64,000 nucleotides of DNA from Bacteroidaceae bacterium (GTDB taxonomy: Bacteria > Bacteroidota > Bacteroidia > Bacteroidales > Bacteroidaceae), in the NCBI GenBank assembly GCA_017516885.1, contig JAFXAR010000074.1, positions 6,727 to 70,726 on the forward strand, written 5' to 3'. The stretch's first letter is position 1. Each line of letters opens with the position of its first letter. This document shows, in pieces, positions 8,927 to 19,647 of the stretch. Under the pieces are notes generated by a model. That model had not been told where the DNA came from, searched no databases, and was given only the letters and a program-made list of their open reading frames with translations. Position numbers and translations under genes: made by a program.

Positions 8927-9625
8927 TTACATTCGGTTATCATCGTTATAACTGTAATATTTGTCGTCTGCTATTATTATGTGGTCGAGCAGACGGATGC
9001 TCATGACCTTGCACGCAGCAGCGAGGCTCGCCGTTAGCTTGTCATCCTCCCCGCTTGGCCTGAGGCTTCCCGACGGATGATTGTGGCATAGTGCCATTGC
9101 CGTCGCGCGCTTCAGCAGCGCTTCACGCATAATCAAGCGTATATCCACCACTGTAGCTGTAAGCCCGCCGCTGCCAATCTCCACATGGTCAATAACCCTA
9201 TGCATATTGTTCAGCAGCAGAACAAAGCTCTTCTCCACCGGCGAATCGCACACCAGCGGATGAAAATAGGCAAAAATGTCCTTTGACGACCTGATGCGCT
9301 CAAGTTCCGGACGCTCATCCTTGGCGCGGCGCTTCCACAGTTCGCATGCCGCCATTATTGATATTGCCTTTGCCGGACCGATTCCCTTGAACTGGCAAAG
9401 GTCATCAACTGTAAGGCGTGCAAGCATTGCAATGCTGTCGCCGCATGATGCCAGCACCTTTCTCATGAGCCCTACGGCCGAATCCTCATCATTGCCCGAG
9501 CCCACAAGTATAGCCAGCAGTTCGGCCTTGCTCAATGTGGAAATGCCGTTCAGCATGGCCTTCTCGCGCGGACGCTCGTCAATGGGCCACTCCTTAATGC
9601 TCAGTTTGGTTTTCTCCTCTGCCAT
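8927..9625 (-). CDS. radC: RadC-family JAB domain protein (UPF0758)
   Basis: The N-terminal HhH region (ELLAILVGSG...) is followed by the JAMM motif LCHNHPSGSLRPSGED. Confidence 0.9.
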   Translation of the reverse strand: MAEEKTKLSIKEWPIDERPREKAMLNGISTLSKAELLAILVGSGNDEDSAVGLMRKVLASCGDSIAMLARLTVDDLCQFKGIGPAKAISIMAACELWKRRAKDERPELERIRSSKDIFAYFHPLVCDSPVEKSFVLLLNNMHRVIDHVEIGSGGLTATVVDIRLIMREALLKRATAMALCHNHPSGSLRPSGEDDKLTASLAAACKVMSIRLLDHIIIADDKYYSYNDDNRM

Positions 9626-9637
9626 TGCAAACAGCCT

Positions 9638-10633
9638 TTATCCTCTGTTATAGAGTTTTGTAAGGTTCTCTTTTGTCTCAAGCGGCTGCTTGAGTATCAT
9701 CTTGAACCAAAAAGCCTTCAGGAATCCCATTCCATAGCCTGTTATCTGCACAGCAGCGGCCACCACTGACAGAAGCGCCACTTTCAGATTCTTGTCCTTG
9801 AGCAGCGAATCGCCAAATATAAGCAGCGCATAGAGCAGCGGCAGCAGCAGCAGCCATGGGCAGAATATTGACGCAACCAACAGCGCAATGCCCATTACAA
9901 GCATTAGCGCAGGGGCAGCGTGCACCAGCTTCATTGAGCCCGGATGTATGAGCTGAAGCCATATTCGGGCCTGGCCGAAATTGTTCACCTGCTTGTAGAA
10001 GCGGCGAAGGTCGATGCGGCGCTTGTGATATACAAAGACCTCGCGTATAAGGCGGATGCTGAAACCGGCATTGCGTATCCTTATGCTAAGGTCAATATCC
10101 TCGCCCATCATATCCTTGAAGTCGCCCACTTTCTCATATACAGCCCTTGAGAGGCCCATGTTGAATGTGCGCGGACAGAACTTCTCCATTACCGCCTTGC
10201 CTCCGCGGATTCCTCCCGTTGTCCAGAATGAGGTCATCGCATGGCTCACAGCCTTCTGCATATCAGAAAAAGAGCTGTCAGCCGCGTCAGGGCCGCCAAA
10301 GCAGTCGCAATAATCGGCAGCCATAGCTGCCTCAAGCTTCTCAAAATAGAAGGGAGGGAGTATCACATCGGAGTCAAAGAAGAGCATATAATCGCCGCCA
10401 GCGCGCGCCATGCCATAGTTTCTGGTATCGCTGCGGCCTGAGTTCTCCTTGTAGAAATAGTGGATAGTAAAAAAAGAACGATAGTGACCAAGCAAATGAT
10501 CACATCGTTCTTTTGAGCCATCCTCTATAATCACCAGCTCAAAGGGCTTTACCGTCTGAGCCAACAGGCTGTCGAGAAGTTCCTTGACCTCGCCGGGCCT
10601 GTTATAAACCGGGACAATTATAGAATATAACAA
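9638..10633 (-). CDS. Family 2 glycosyltransferase with C-terminal transmembrane segments
   Basis: The N-terminus YSIIVPVYNRPGEVKELLDSL...VIIEDGS and the FFDSD motif are typical of GT2. The C-terminus is hydrophobic. Confidence 0.85.
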   Translation of the reverse strand: MLYSIIVPVYNRPGEVKELLDSLLAQTVKPFELVIIEDGSKERCDHLLGHYRSFFTIHYFYKENSGRSDTRNYGMARAGGDYMLFFDSDVILPPFYFEKLEAAMAADYCDCFGGPDAADSSFSDMQKAVSHAMTSFWTTGGIRGGKAVMEKFCPRTFNMGLSRAVYEKVGDFKDMMGEDIDLSIRIRNAGFSIRLIREVFVYHKRRIDLRRFYKQVNNFGQARIWLQLIHPGSMKLVHAAPALMLVMGIALLVASIFCPWLLLLPLLYALLIFGDSLLKDKNLKVALLSVVAAAVQITGYGMGFLKAFWFKMILKQPLETKENLTKLYNRG

Positions 10634-10654
10634 AACTTCACTTTTCTAAGGTTA

Positions 10655-11221
10655 TTATGCCTTTACACGGCCAACGTATGAACCGTCGCGTGTGTCAACC
10701 TCAACAAGCTCGCCCTCGTTGATAAAGAGAGGCACGCGGATTTCAGCGCCAGTCTCAAGTGTAGCAGGCTTTGTAGCGTTTGTCGCTGTATCGCCCTTGA
10801 GGCCCGGTTCTGTGTATGTAATTGCAAGAACAACCTTTACAGGCATGTCTGCAAAAAGGATTGTCTCAGTTGAAGCATCGGTAACAACCTCAAGTGTCAT
10901 GCCCTCCTTCATGTAGGCAACACCGTTTATCTGCTCAGCTGCAATGTTCACCTGCTCGTATGTCTCCTGGTTCATGAATACATAGTCTGTGCCCTCCTGA
11001 TAGAGATACTGGTAAGGGCGGCGCTCTACGCGCACATCCTCAAGCTTCTCGCCAATGTTGAAGCGGCGTTCCAAAACGTATCCGTCAACAACGTCCTTAA
11101 GCTTTGTACGCATGAAAGTGTTTCCCTTTCCGGGCTTTACATGCAAAAAGTCTATGCAAAAATACAACTTGCCATCCATGCGGATTGCGGTACCGATTTT
11201 AATGTCCTGAGCATTAATCAT
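10655..11221 (-). CDS. efp: Elongation factor P
   Basis: 188 aa; the motifs DIKIGTAIRMDG, VKPGKGNTFMRTKLK and ATLETGAEIRVPLFI are present. Confidence 0.95.
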   Translation of the reverse strand: MINAQDIKIGTAIRMDGKLYFCIDFLHVKPGKGNTFMRTKLKDVVDGYVLERRFNIGEKLEDVRVERRPYQYLYQEGTDYVFMNQETYEQVNIAAEQINGVAYMKEGMTLEVVTDASTETILFADMPVKVVLAITYTEPGLKGDTATNATKPATLETGAEIRVPLFINEGELVEVDTRDGSYVGRVKA

Positions 11222-11465
11222 AACTATTCTGTTTTTTCGTTAATATTGTCAAACACAAGAGCGCAAGGGAACACCCTGCACATTTCCGGCGGCAAAGGTA
11301 GTAAAAAGTTAAGAAAAAAGCAATTATTGGCCGCATTTATTGCCTTGATGCTACATACTGAATAAATTTCTAATAAATTATTTCTAAAATTAAACCTTTA
11401 ACTCTCCATTTACTCTAAATTATTGAGTATTTTTGCAGATTGGAAAACAAAAAACACAAAAATAT

Positions 11466-12542
11466 ATGAACAAATATCTGAAATGGGGACTTGTGGCGCT
11501 CATTATTGCAGGAGTGGGCGCATTTGGTTTTTACAAGCTGCAGCCTAAGCAGAACGAGGAACTTGCAGAGGCTGAAAAGAAGCAGACAGGCGGCAAGAAG
11601 AAGGTTCTTGAGGTATATGCAAGAATCATTGCCCCGCAGACACTTACTGATGAAATACCCATCGTAGGCCGTCTTGTACCCGACGAGGAGGTGCAGCTCA
11701 CATTCGAGACCTCAGGAAAAATTACTGACATACAGTTCAAGGAGGGCAGTTTTGTAAAGAAAGGCACTCTTCTCGCAAAGGTTAACGATGCCGAGCTGCA
11801 AGCGCAGCTTGAGCGTCTGCAGGCGCAGATTCCGCTTGCCGAAGAGCGCGTCTACAGACAGAGCACCCTGCTGCAGCGCGATGCCGTGAGCAAGGAGGCA
11901 CTTGAAATTGTAAAGACAGAACTTGCCACATTGAAGGCCGACATAGACAAGACAAAGGCGCAGATTGAGCAGACTGAGCTTAGAGCACCTTTTGACGGTG
12001 TCATCGGTCTCCGCCAGGTGAGCGTTGGCTCATACGCATCGCCAACAACAGTAATCGCAAAACTGACATCCGTAAGGCCAATAAAGGTAGAATTCTCCGT
12101 CCCCGAAAGATATGCAGGAGAGATAAAGAAAGGCACTGCGCTTGACTTTAACGTAGAAGGGCGGCTTGACACGCTGAACGCCGAGGTGTATGCAACAGAG
12201 GCAAGCCTTGACGCTGTGACACACACGCTGCTTGTGCGCGCGCTCTACCCCAACGAGAACGGAGAGCTTCTTTCGGGACAATACGCTGCTATACGCTTGA
12301 GGCAGAAGGAATTCCCCAATGCCATTGTCGTTCCCGCCGAAGCCATTGTACCCGAAATGGGCAAGATGAAGGTGTTTGCCTACAAGAACGGAAAGGCCAT
12401 GCCGGTTGAGGTTGTTACCGGCATACGCACCGAAAGCGAGATGCAGATACTCAAGGGACTTGAGCCGGGCGACACAATACTTACATCGGGAACATTGCAG
12501 CTGCGCAACGGCTCGCCTGTGAAGATAACAGCATATCAATAA
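11466..12542 (+). CDS. Efflux RND transporter periplasmic adaptor subunit (HlyD/MFP family)
   Basis: The listed ORF begins at a TTG, so the ATG at 11466 (MNKYLKWGLVALII, TM anchor) is preferred. There is a coiled-coil segment and the motif RAPFDGVIGLRQVSVGSY. It is the first gene of a three-gene efflux operon. Confidence 0.9.
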   Translation: MNKYLKWGLVALIIAGVGAFGFYKLQPKQNEELAEAEKKQTGGKKKVLEVYARIIAPQTLTDEIPIVGRLVPDEEVQLTFETSGKITDIQFKEGSFVKKGTLLAKVNDAELQAQLERLQAQIPLAEERVYRQSTLLQRDAVSKEALEIVKTELATLKADIDKTKAQIEQTELRAPFDGVIGLRQVSVGSYASPTTVIAKLTSVRPIKVEFSVPERYAGEIKKGTALDFNVEGRLDTLNAEVYATEASLDAVTHTLLVRALYPNENGELLSGQYAAIRLRQKEFPNAIVVPAEAIVPEMGKMKVFAYKNGKAMPVEVVTGIRTESEMQILKGLEPGDTILTSGTLQLRNGSPVKITAYQ

Positions 12543-12561
12543 CACTCCAAAGGAAAAAGTG

Positions 12562-15500
12562 ATGAATATTTCGGAACTCAGCATACGAAGGCCCGTGCTT
12601 GCCACGGTGCTCACACTTATTATAGTGCTCTTTGGTGTCATTGGATACAGCACGCTTGGAGTACGCGAATACCCATCGGTAGACAACCCGATAATCTCAG
12701 TAACCTGCAGTTATGCCGGAGCAAATGCCGAGGTTATCGAGAGCCAGATTACAGAACCGCTTGAGCAGAACATCAACGGCATCCCGGGAATACGCTCGCT
12801 CACCAGCGTAAGCCAGCAGGGCCAGTGCCGCATAACCATTGAGTTCGACCTTTCGGTTGACCTTGAGACAGCAGCCAATGACGTGCGCGACAAGGTGTCG
12901 CGTGCCCAGAGATACCTGCCGCGCGACTGCGACCCTCCAACGGTGTCAAAGGCCGATGCTGACGCCATGCCCATTCTCATGGTGGCAATACAGAGCGACA
13001 GCCGTCCGCTGCTTGAACTGAGCGAAATTGCCGACCTCACCGTAAAGGAGCAGCTGCAGACAATCCCCGACGTCAGCAGCGTGCAAATCTGGGGAGAGAA
13101 GCGCTACTCAATGAGACTATGGCTTGACCCCGAAAAGATGGCAGCCAAGGGCATAACGCCCATTGACGTAAAGAATGCCATAACAAACGAAAATGTGGAG
13201 CTGCCATCGGGAAGCATTGAGGGCAACACAATGGAGCTCACGCTGCGCACAATGGGCCAGATGCATACAGCGGAGGAGTTCAACAACATAATCCTCAAGG
13301 AGAGCAACGGCAATGTGGTGCGCATACGCGACATTGGAATTGCGGAGCTTGGCCCGGCCGACCTCAAGAGCTACATGAAGATGGACGGCATTCCAATGGC
13401 CGGCGTTGTTGTAATTCCGCAGCCTGGCGCAAACCACATTGAGATTGCCGATGCCGTATACGAGCGCATGGAGCAGATGAAGAAGGACCTTCCCGAGGAT
13501 GTTCATTACACTTACGGATTCGACAACACCAAGTTCATCCGCGCATCAATTGACGAAGTGAAGAGCACCGTCTACGAGGCGTTCATACTCGTTATTATAA
13601 TAATCTTCCTTTTCCTGCGCGACTGGCGCGTAACGCTTGTCCCCTGTATTGTTATTCCCGTGTCGCTCATCGGCGCATTCTTCATTATGTACATTGCAGG
13701 ATTCTCCATAAACGTGCTCACAATGCTTGCAGTGGTGCTCTCCGTAGGCCTTGTGGTGGACGATGCCATTGTTATGACGGAGAACATATACATAAGGATT
13801 GAACAGGGAATGAACCCCATGGAGGCCGGCATTGAAGGCTCAAAGGAGATTTTCTTTGCGGTAATATCGACCACTGTGACACTCGTTGCCGTGTTCATGC
13901 CTATCGTGTTCATGGAGGGAACAAGCGGACGCCTCTTCAGGGAGTTCAGCTTCGTTGTTGCCGGTTCGGTAATAATCTCCTCTTTCGCCGCACTCACATT
14001 CACCCCAATGCTTGCCACCAAAATTCTAAAGAAAAGGGAAAAGCAGCAGTGGTTCTACAGAAAAACAGAGCCGTTCTTCAACGGATTGAACAATATTTAT
14101 GAAAAGTCGCTCAACCTGTTCCTTAAGGCACGCTGGATAGCACTGCCGCTCACAATAGGCATGTTCGCGCTCATTTGGCACCTTTGGGGCAAAATACCCG
14201 AGGAGATGGCGCCTCTTGAGGACCGCTCGCAGATAACCATAAACACAAGAGGCGCTGAGGGTGTAAGCTATGAATATATGCGCGACTACACCGAGGACAT
14301 TGCCCAGCTTGTAGACTCCATTGTGCCCGACGCCAAATCGGTTACATCGCGCGTGTCAAGCAACAGCGGAAACATAAGAATCACCCTTAATGACATTGCC
14401 GAGCGCGACTACACCCAGATGGAGGTTGCCGAGAAACTGACCGCAGCTGTGAGCAAGAAGACAAAGGCGCGCGCCTTTGTACAGCAGCAGTCATCGTTTG
14501 GCGGCCGGCGAGGAAGCATGCCAGTGCAGTATGTTATTCAGGCAACAAGCATAGAGAAACTGCAGGAGGTGTTGCCGGAATTCCTCAAGCGCGTACACGA
14601 CAACCCCACATTCAAGATGGCCGACGTTGACCTCAAGTTCAGCAGCCCCGAGGTAAGGGTGAACATCAACCGCGACAAGGCCGGAATAATGGGCGCAAGC
14701 GTGCGCGACGTTGCCGAGACACTGCAATACGGCCTCAGCGGACAGCGTATGGGCTATTTCCACATGAACGGCAAGCAGTACGAAATCATCGGACAGGTAA
14801 ACCGCGACCAGCGCAACACCACAACCGACGTAAAATCAATTTACATCCGCAGCGACGAGGGCGAAATGATTCAGCTGGACAACCTTGTCGAGTTCGTGGA
14901 GAGCGTGTCGCCGCCCAAGCTCTATCACTACAACCGATTCCTTTCGGCAACAGTTTCGGCCGGACTTGCCGAGGGCAAGACCATCGGTGACGGCCTTGAC
15001 GAAATGGACAAGATTGCCGAAGAGGTTCTTGACGAGAGTTTCCGCACCGCGCTTGCAGGAGATTCAAAGGAGTTCCGCGAAAGCTCATCGAGCCTGATGT
15101 TCGCATTCATTCTTGCGCTTGTGCTCATTTACCTTATACTTGCCGCACAGTTCGAGAGTTTCAAGGACCCATTCACAATAATGCTCACCGTGCCGCTTGC
15201 CATAGCCGGAGCACTCCTGTTCATGGACTGGGGAGGAATAACAATGAACATCTTCAGCCAGATTGGCATAATAATGCTCATCGGCCTTGTTGCAAAGAAC
15301 GGTATCCTCATTGTTGAATTCGCCAACCAGAAGCAAGAGAGCGGCGAAGGGAAGATGGATGCTATAAAGAGCGCATCGCTCCAGCGTCTGCGCCCCATCC
15401 TAATGACAAGCGCATCAACTGTTCTTGGCCTTTTGCCGCTTGCAATAGCAACCGGCGAAGGTGCAAACCAGCGCATAGCCATGGGTACGGCTGTTGTGGG

Positions 15501-15594
15501 AGGAATGCTTGTATCTACAATCCTCACCATGTACATTGTACCCGCCATTTACAGCTACATTTCAACAGAACGTAAAAAGAAGGAGAAGAAATGA
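12562..15594 (+). CDS. Efflux RND transporter permease (AcrB/HAE1 family)
   Basis: About 1010 aa. The N-terminus is MNISELSIRRPVLATVLTL, with the 12-TM AcrB layout and motifs such as VVDDAIVMTENI and GLVAKNGILIVEFAN. Confidence 0.95.
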   Translation: MNISELSIRRPVLATVLTLIIVLFGVIGYSTLGVREYPSVDNPIISVTCSYAGANAEVIESQITEPLEQNINGIPGIRSLTSVSQQGQCRITIEFDLSVDLETAANDVRDKVSRAQRYLPRDCDPPTVSKADADAMPILMVAIQSDSRPLLELSEIADLTVKEQLQTIPDVSSVQIWGEKRYSMRLWLDPEKMAAKGITPIDVKNAITNENVELPSGSIEGNTMELTLRTMGQMHTAEEFNNIILKESNGNVVRIRDIGIAELGPADLKSYMKMDGIPMAGVVVIPQPGANHIEIADAVYERMEQMKKDLPEDVHYTYGFDNTKFIRASIDEVKSTVYEAFILVIIIIFLFLRDWRVTLVPCIVIPVSLIGAFFIMYIAGFSINVLTMLAVVLSVGLVVDDAIVMTENIYIRIEQGMNPMEAGIEGSKEIFFAVISTTVTLVAVFMPIVFMEGTSGRLFREFSFVVAGSVIISSFAALTFTPMLATKILKKREKQQWFYRKTEPFFNGLNNIYEKSLNLFLKARWIALPLTIGMFALIWHLWGKIPEEMAPLEDRSQITINTRGAEGVSYEYMRDYTEDIAQLVDSIVPDAKSVTSRVSSNSGNIRITLNDIAERDYTQMEVAEKLTAAVSKKTKARAFVQQQSSFGGRRGSMPVQYVIQATSIEKLQEVLPEFLKRVHDNPTFKMADVDLKFSSPEVRVNINRDKAGIMGASVRDVAETLQYGLSGQRMGYFHMNGKQYEIIGQVNRDQRNTTTDVKSIYIRSDEGEMIQLDNLVEFVESVSPPKLYHYNRFLSATVSAGLAEGKTIGDGLDEMDKIAEEVLDESFRTALAGDSKEFRESSSSLMFAFILALVLIYLILAAQFESFKDPFTIMLTVPLAIAGALLFMDWGGITMNIFSQIGIIMLIGLVAKNGILIVEFANQKQESGEGKMDAIKSASLQRLRPILMTSASTVLGLLPLAIATGEGANQRIAMGTAVVGGMLVSTILTMYIVPAIYSYISTERKKKEKK

Positions 15595-16907
15595 GACACA
15601 AGATATTCACTCTAATCATGCTGCTCGCATTCGCCGCAGCAGGCAAGGCCCAGACACTGACACTGCAAAAATGCATTGAAACCGGATTAGAGAACAACTA
15701 TTCGCTGCGCATAAGCCGCAACGAGGAGCAGATTGCGCACAATAACGCAACGCGTGCAAATGCGGGCTATATGCCATCGGTTGACATAAGCACAGGCTAC
15801 AACGCCTCACTTTCAAGCAGCGACGGCAAGCTGCGCGCAACAGGAGAGAATGTCTCCACAAGCAACGCCCTGACCCACAACATAAATGCCGGAATAGGTG
15901 TAGACTGGACTATCTTTGACGGTTTCAAGATAAGTACAACATACAAGCAGCTAAAGGAGCTTGAACGCATGGGCGAGATTGACACCCGCCTCGAACTTGA
16001 AGACTTCATTGCCGGACTGGCAGCCGAGTACTACAATTTCATACAGCAGAGACGCCGTCTCAAGAACTACCACTATGCAGTGCAGCTGTCAAAAGAGCGT
16101 CTGCGCATAGTTGAGGAGCGCTACAACATCGGAAACTTCTCACGCCTTGATTACCAGCAGGCAAAAGTGGACTTCAACGCCGACAGCGCACAGTTCATCA
16201 AGCAACAGGCAGTTGTTATAGCATCCCGCATCGCCCTCAACGAAATGATGGCAATTGAGCAGGTGTACACCCCCATTGAAATAACCGAGAACAACATTGA
16301 GGCCGACACTACGCTAAATTTCACCGACCTATGGAGCAAAATGCTTGCAAGCAATGCCAGCCTCTTGATTGCCGACGGCAACAGCAGACTTGCCCAGATG
16401 GACTACAAGAAGATTGTATCGCGCAACTATCCCTATGTAAAATTAAGCGCAGGATACAGCTATGCATTCAACAGATACAACACCAACACCTACATACGCA
16501 ACAGCAACTGGGGCGGCAATGCCGGGATAACAGTGGGATTCAACCTGTGGGACGGCAACCGCAAGCGCGAAAAGCGCAACGCCAAGATTGAGATTGAGAA
16601 CGCCCAGCTCAGGCGCAACCAGCTTGAACTTGCCCTGAAAGCTGAATTAGGCAATCTGTGGCAGGCCTACAGAAACAACATACAGCTGCTCAACCTTGAG
16701 AAACAGAATGTGATTACTGCACGCGAAAACCACGACATTGCAAAGGAGAGATACATGCTCGGCGACATTTCGGGAATTGAAATGCGAGAGGCACAGCAGA
16801 GCCTGCTTGAAGCCGAGGAGAGACTTCTCTCGGTGGAATACCAGACCAAGCTTTGCGAAATATCCCTTTTGCAGATAAGCGGAGGAGTGACAAGGTATCT
16901 TGAGTAA
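15591..16907 (+). CDS. TolC-family outer membrane factor of the RND operon
   Basis: It overlaps the RND stop by 4 nt (ATGA). A signal peptide is present, and LTLQKCIETGLENNYSLRI is a typical OEP N-terminus. Confidence 0.9.
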   Translation: MRHKIFTLIMLLAFAAAGKAQTLTLQKCIETGLENNYSLRISRNEEQIAHNNATRANAGYMPSVDISTGYNASLSSSDGKLRATGENVSTSNALTHNINAGIGVDWTIFDGFKISTTYKQLKELERMGEIDTRLELEDFIAGLAAEYYNFIQQRRRLKNYHYAVQLSKERLRIVEERYNIGNFSRLDYQQAKVDFNADSAQFIKQQAVVIASRIALNEMMAIEQVYTPIEITENNIEADTTLNFTDLWSKMLASNASLLIADGNSRLAQMDYKKIVSRNYPYVKLSAGYSYAFNRYNTNTYIRNSNWGGNAGITVGFNLWDGNRKREKRNAKIEIENAQLRRNQLELALKAELGNLWQAYRNNIQLLNLEKQNVITARENHDIAKERYMLGDISGIEMREAQQSLLEAEERLLSVEYQTKLCEISLLQISGGVTRYLE

Positions 16908-16951
16908 CCCACATAAAACCGTTTTATTACGATAAAAATATAATATAAATA

Positions 16952-19432
16952 ATGAGAAAAGTACTATTACTGCTTACACTCCTGCTGCCATTGCAGATGA
17001 TTGCACAGGTATCGGGAAGAATCTCGGGAGTTATTATTGACGGCGAGGAGAAAGAGCCGCTTTCATTTGCCAACATCACAGTAACCAAGCCGGGAGAGAC
17101 CACTGTGATCAAAGGCTGCAGCACCGACGAGAACGGCAAATTCACAATCACCGACCTCAAAGAGGGCGACTACGTTGTAAACATCTCATTTGTAGGCTAC
17201 CTTAGCGACACCCGCAAAGTTTCAATTACAAAGAAGAGCAGCAGGCACGACATTGGCCGCATAGTGCTCAAGAGCGACAGCAAGATGCTCAAGGAGCTCG
17301 TTGTCAGCGACCAGCGCTCGCAGATGAGCTTTGAGATTGACAAGCGGGTATTCACAGTTGACCAAAGCATTGCCTCTACCGGCGGTTCGGCAAGCGACGT
17401 TCTTGTAGACATTCCATCGGTTGAGGTTGACAACGAGGGCGTTGTCTCACTGCGCGGAAGCGAGAGCGTCACAATATGGATAAACGGCAAGTCAAGCGGA
17501 CTTACCGCAGACAACCAGGGCGACATACTGCAGCAGATGCCCGCCGGTTCAATAGAAAGGATTGAAGTAATCACCAACCCATCGGCAAAACATTCGCCCG
17601 AAGGAACAGCCGGCATCATCAACATCATACTCAAGCGTAACCGCAAGGCCGGCTACTACGGCAGCGTACAGGCCGGCGGCGACACCGAAGGCGGATACAA
17701 TGCCGGCGGCAACATCAACTACAGCAGCGGAAAGTTCGATGCCTATGCGGGACTAAACTACCGCAATATGGAGTTTGAGAATGACGGCTATACCAACACG
17801 CGCTATTTCGGCAGCAACAGCAGTTATCAGAACCAGAAGAACAAAGGCAGCCACAATCCCAACAACATATTTGGCCGTGCCGGCTTCACTTGGCGCTTTA
17901 CCGAAAAGGACGAGTTCTATGCCAACCTCATGGGAATGTACGGAAGCGGCAAGCACAAGAACAGCATTGTTGCCGAGAGCGGAGAGATTGGCAGCGACGG
18001 AACATACAGCGCGCCCACAAGACGCATGACACGCAATACCTCCCAGGAGGGCAGCCCAAGAATGTACAATGTGGAATTAGGCTACACCCACCGCTGGAGC
18101 GACACCCACTTCATTGACTTCTCTGTGGGGCACCATGTGTGGCAGCAGAAGCGTGACGCTGTCTACAGGCAGACCACCGAGCTTTTCGGCAACGACACCA
18201 CATCCTATTCCACATACCAGTTCCAGGACGGCGAGAACAAGAGCAGCAACACTGAGATAAAGCTCGACTATGAGTACAAGATAAATGACAATCACCGCAT
18301 TGAGGCCGGTTACAAGGGCGATTTATCCGATGACAAGAGCCCGGTAATCACATACAGCGACGAGGCGCACGAGGTGCTCGACAAAGGACTCTACAACAAG
18401 TTCCGCTACAAGCAGAACACACATGCCCTTTATGCAACCTATTCGGGCCGTGCAGGCAAGTTCGGTTTCCAGGTGGGACTCAGGGGCGAGTACTGGAATG
18501 TAAAGACACGCTCATACGGATATGCCGAGGAGCAGAGCGGACAGCTGCCCGGATACACAAGCAAGGATTTCTTCAAGCTCTTCCCGAGCGCATTCCTCAG
18601 CTATGAGATAAGCGAGGGGCAGGAGATTCAGGTCAACTACACACGCCGCCTGCGCCGTCCATGGGGCGGGCAGCTGAACAGTTTCCAGAATATCAGCGAC
18701 TCAACCAACATCTCCTTCGGTAACCCCGACCTTACTCCGGAGTACTCAAACGCATACGAAATTAACTATCTGAAGAACTGGGACAGGCACACGCTCTCCG
18801 TTTCGGGCTACTACCGCACCACCGACGATGTGATAGAGCGCATCAGCTACAGCCAAGGCAAGGTCATATATAGCACACACGAAAATGTTGCAAGCACCCA
18901 GTCGGCCGGTCTTGAGATTGTTGGCAAGAACAAGCTCTTCAAGTTCCTTGACCTTACCACCACGGTTAACCTTTTCTACTACAAGCTGGATGCTTTCAAG
19001 TATAACATATACGGACAGGAGATTACAGGCGAGGCCGACGAGAATTTCTCATGGAATGCACGCATGACTGCCAGCGTAGTGCTTCCCTGGAGCGTAATGA
19101 TGCAGGTTACAGGCCGCTACAACGCAAAGCGCATTGTAGCACAGGGATACCGCGAGCCAAACTACTCGCTCGACATCGGCCTGAGAAAGTCATTTAACAA
19201 AAACTGGAGCATAAGCGCCAACGTCCGCGACCTTCTGAACTCGCGCGGTTGGCATTCAGTTACCGAAAACAGCAGTTTCTACCGCGACTCAAAGAGCACC
19301 CGCGGCGGACGCAGATTCAGCGTCACCCTGACCTACAGTTTCGGAAACATGAAGGCGAAGATGCCTAAGCGCAAGCAAAGCGAAACGCAGCAAAACGGAT
19401 ATGGAGAAATGGAAGGAATGGATGAAATGTAA
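16952..19432 (+). CDS. TonB-dependent receptor-like outer membrane beta-barrel protein with N-terminal carboxypeptidase-regulatory-like domain
   Basis: A signal peptide is followed by GVIIDGEEKEPLSFANITV...GKFTITDLKEGDY (CarbopepD_reg) and a plug region (IERIEVITNPSAKHSPEG). The C-terminal TLTYSFG sequence resembles the end of a barrel. No SusD partner is adjacent. Confidence 0.85.
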   Translation: MRKVLLLLTLLLPLQMIAQVSGRISGVIIDGEEKEPLSFANITVTKPGETTVIKGCSTDENGKFTITDLKEGDYVVNISFVGYLSDTRKVSITKKSSRHDIGRIVLKSDSKMLKELVVSDQRSQMSFEIDKRVFTVDQSIASTGGSASDVLVDIPSVEVDNEGVVSLRGSESVTIWINGKSSGLTADNQGDILQQMPAGSIERIEVITNPSAKHSPEGTAGIINIILKRNRKAGYYGSVQAGGDTEGGYNAGGNINYSSGKFDAYAGLNYRNMEFENDGYTNTRYFGSNSSYQNQKNKGSHNPNNIFGRAGFTWRFTEKDEFYANLMGMYGSGKHKNSIVAESGEIGSDGTYSAPTRRMTRNTSQEGSPRMYNVELGYTHRWSDTHFIDFSVGHHVWQQKRDAVYRQTTELFGNDTTSYSTYQFQDGENKSSNTEIKLDYEYKINDNHRIEAGYKGDLSDDKSPVITYSDEAHEVLDKGLYNKFRYKQNTHALYATYSGRAGKFGFQVGLRGEYWNVKTRSYGYAEEQSGQLPGYTSKDFFKLFPSAFLSYEISEGQEIQVNYTRRLRRPWGGQLNSFQNISDSTNISFGNPDLTPEYSNAYEINYLKNWDRHTLSVSGYYRTTDDVIERISYSQGKVIYSTHENVASTQSAGLEIVGKNKLFKFLDLTTTVNLFYYKLDAFKYNIYGQEITGEADENFSWNARMTASVVLPWSVMMQVTGRYNAKRIVAQGYREPNYSLDIGLRKSFNKNWSISANVRDLLNSRGWHSVTENSSFYRDSKSTRGGRRFSVTLTYSFGNMKAKMPKRKQSETQQNGYGEMEGMDEM

Positions 19433-19446
19433 AGACAGTTTCTCCC

Positions 19447-19485
19447 ATAGCAAAGCCAGGGCCTCGAGGTTCTGGCTTTTGCTAT
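19447..19485 (+). terminator. Hairpin terminator after the outer membrane receptor gene
   Basis: atagcaaagccag ... ctggcttttgctat forms a 13-bp stem with one bulged T and a 12-nt loop, 15 nt after the stop. Confidence 0.55.
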
Positions 19486-19647
19486 ACATATATATTAACG
19501 CTTATATAAACGCTGCAAGTTTTCCGGAGCAATGGAGCGACTTGCACACCGCTGTGTATTTTTCCCCATAAAGATTTCATAAATTCATAAATGTTTGCGA
19601 AATTTGGCAGCAGAATAAGAAACTAACCATAATAACATATTCACAAA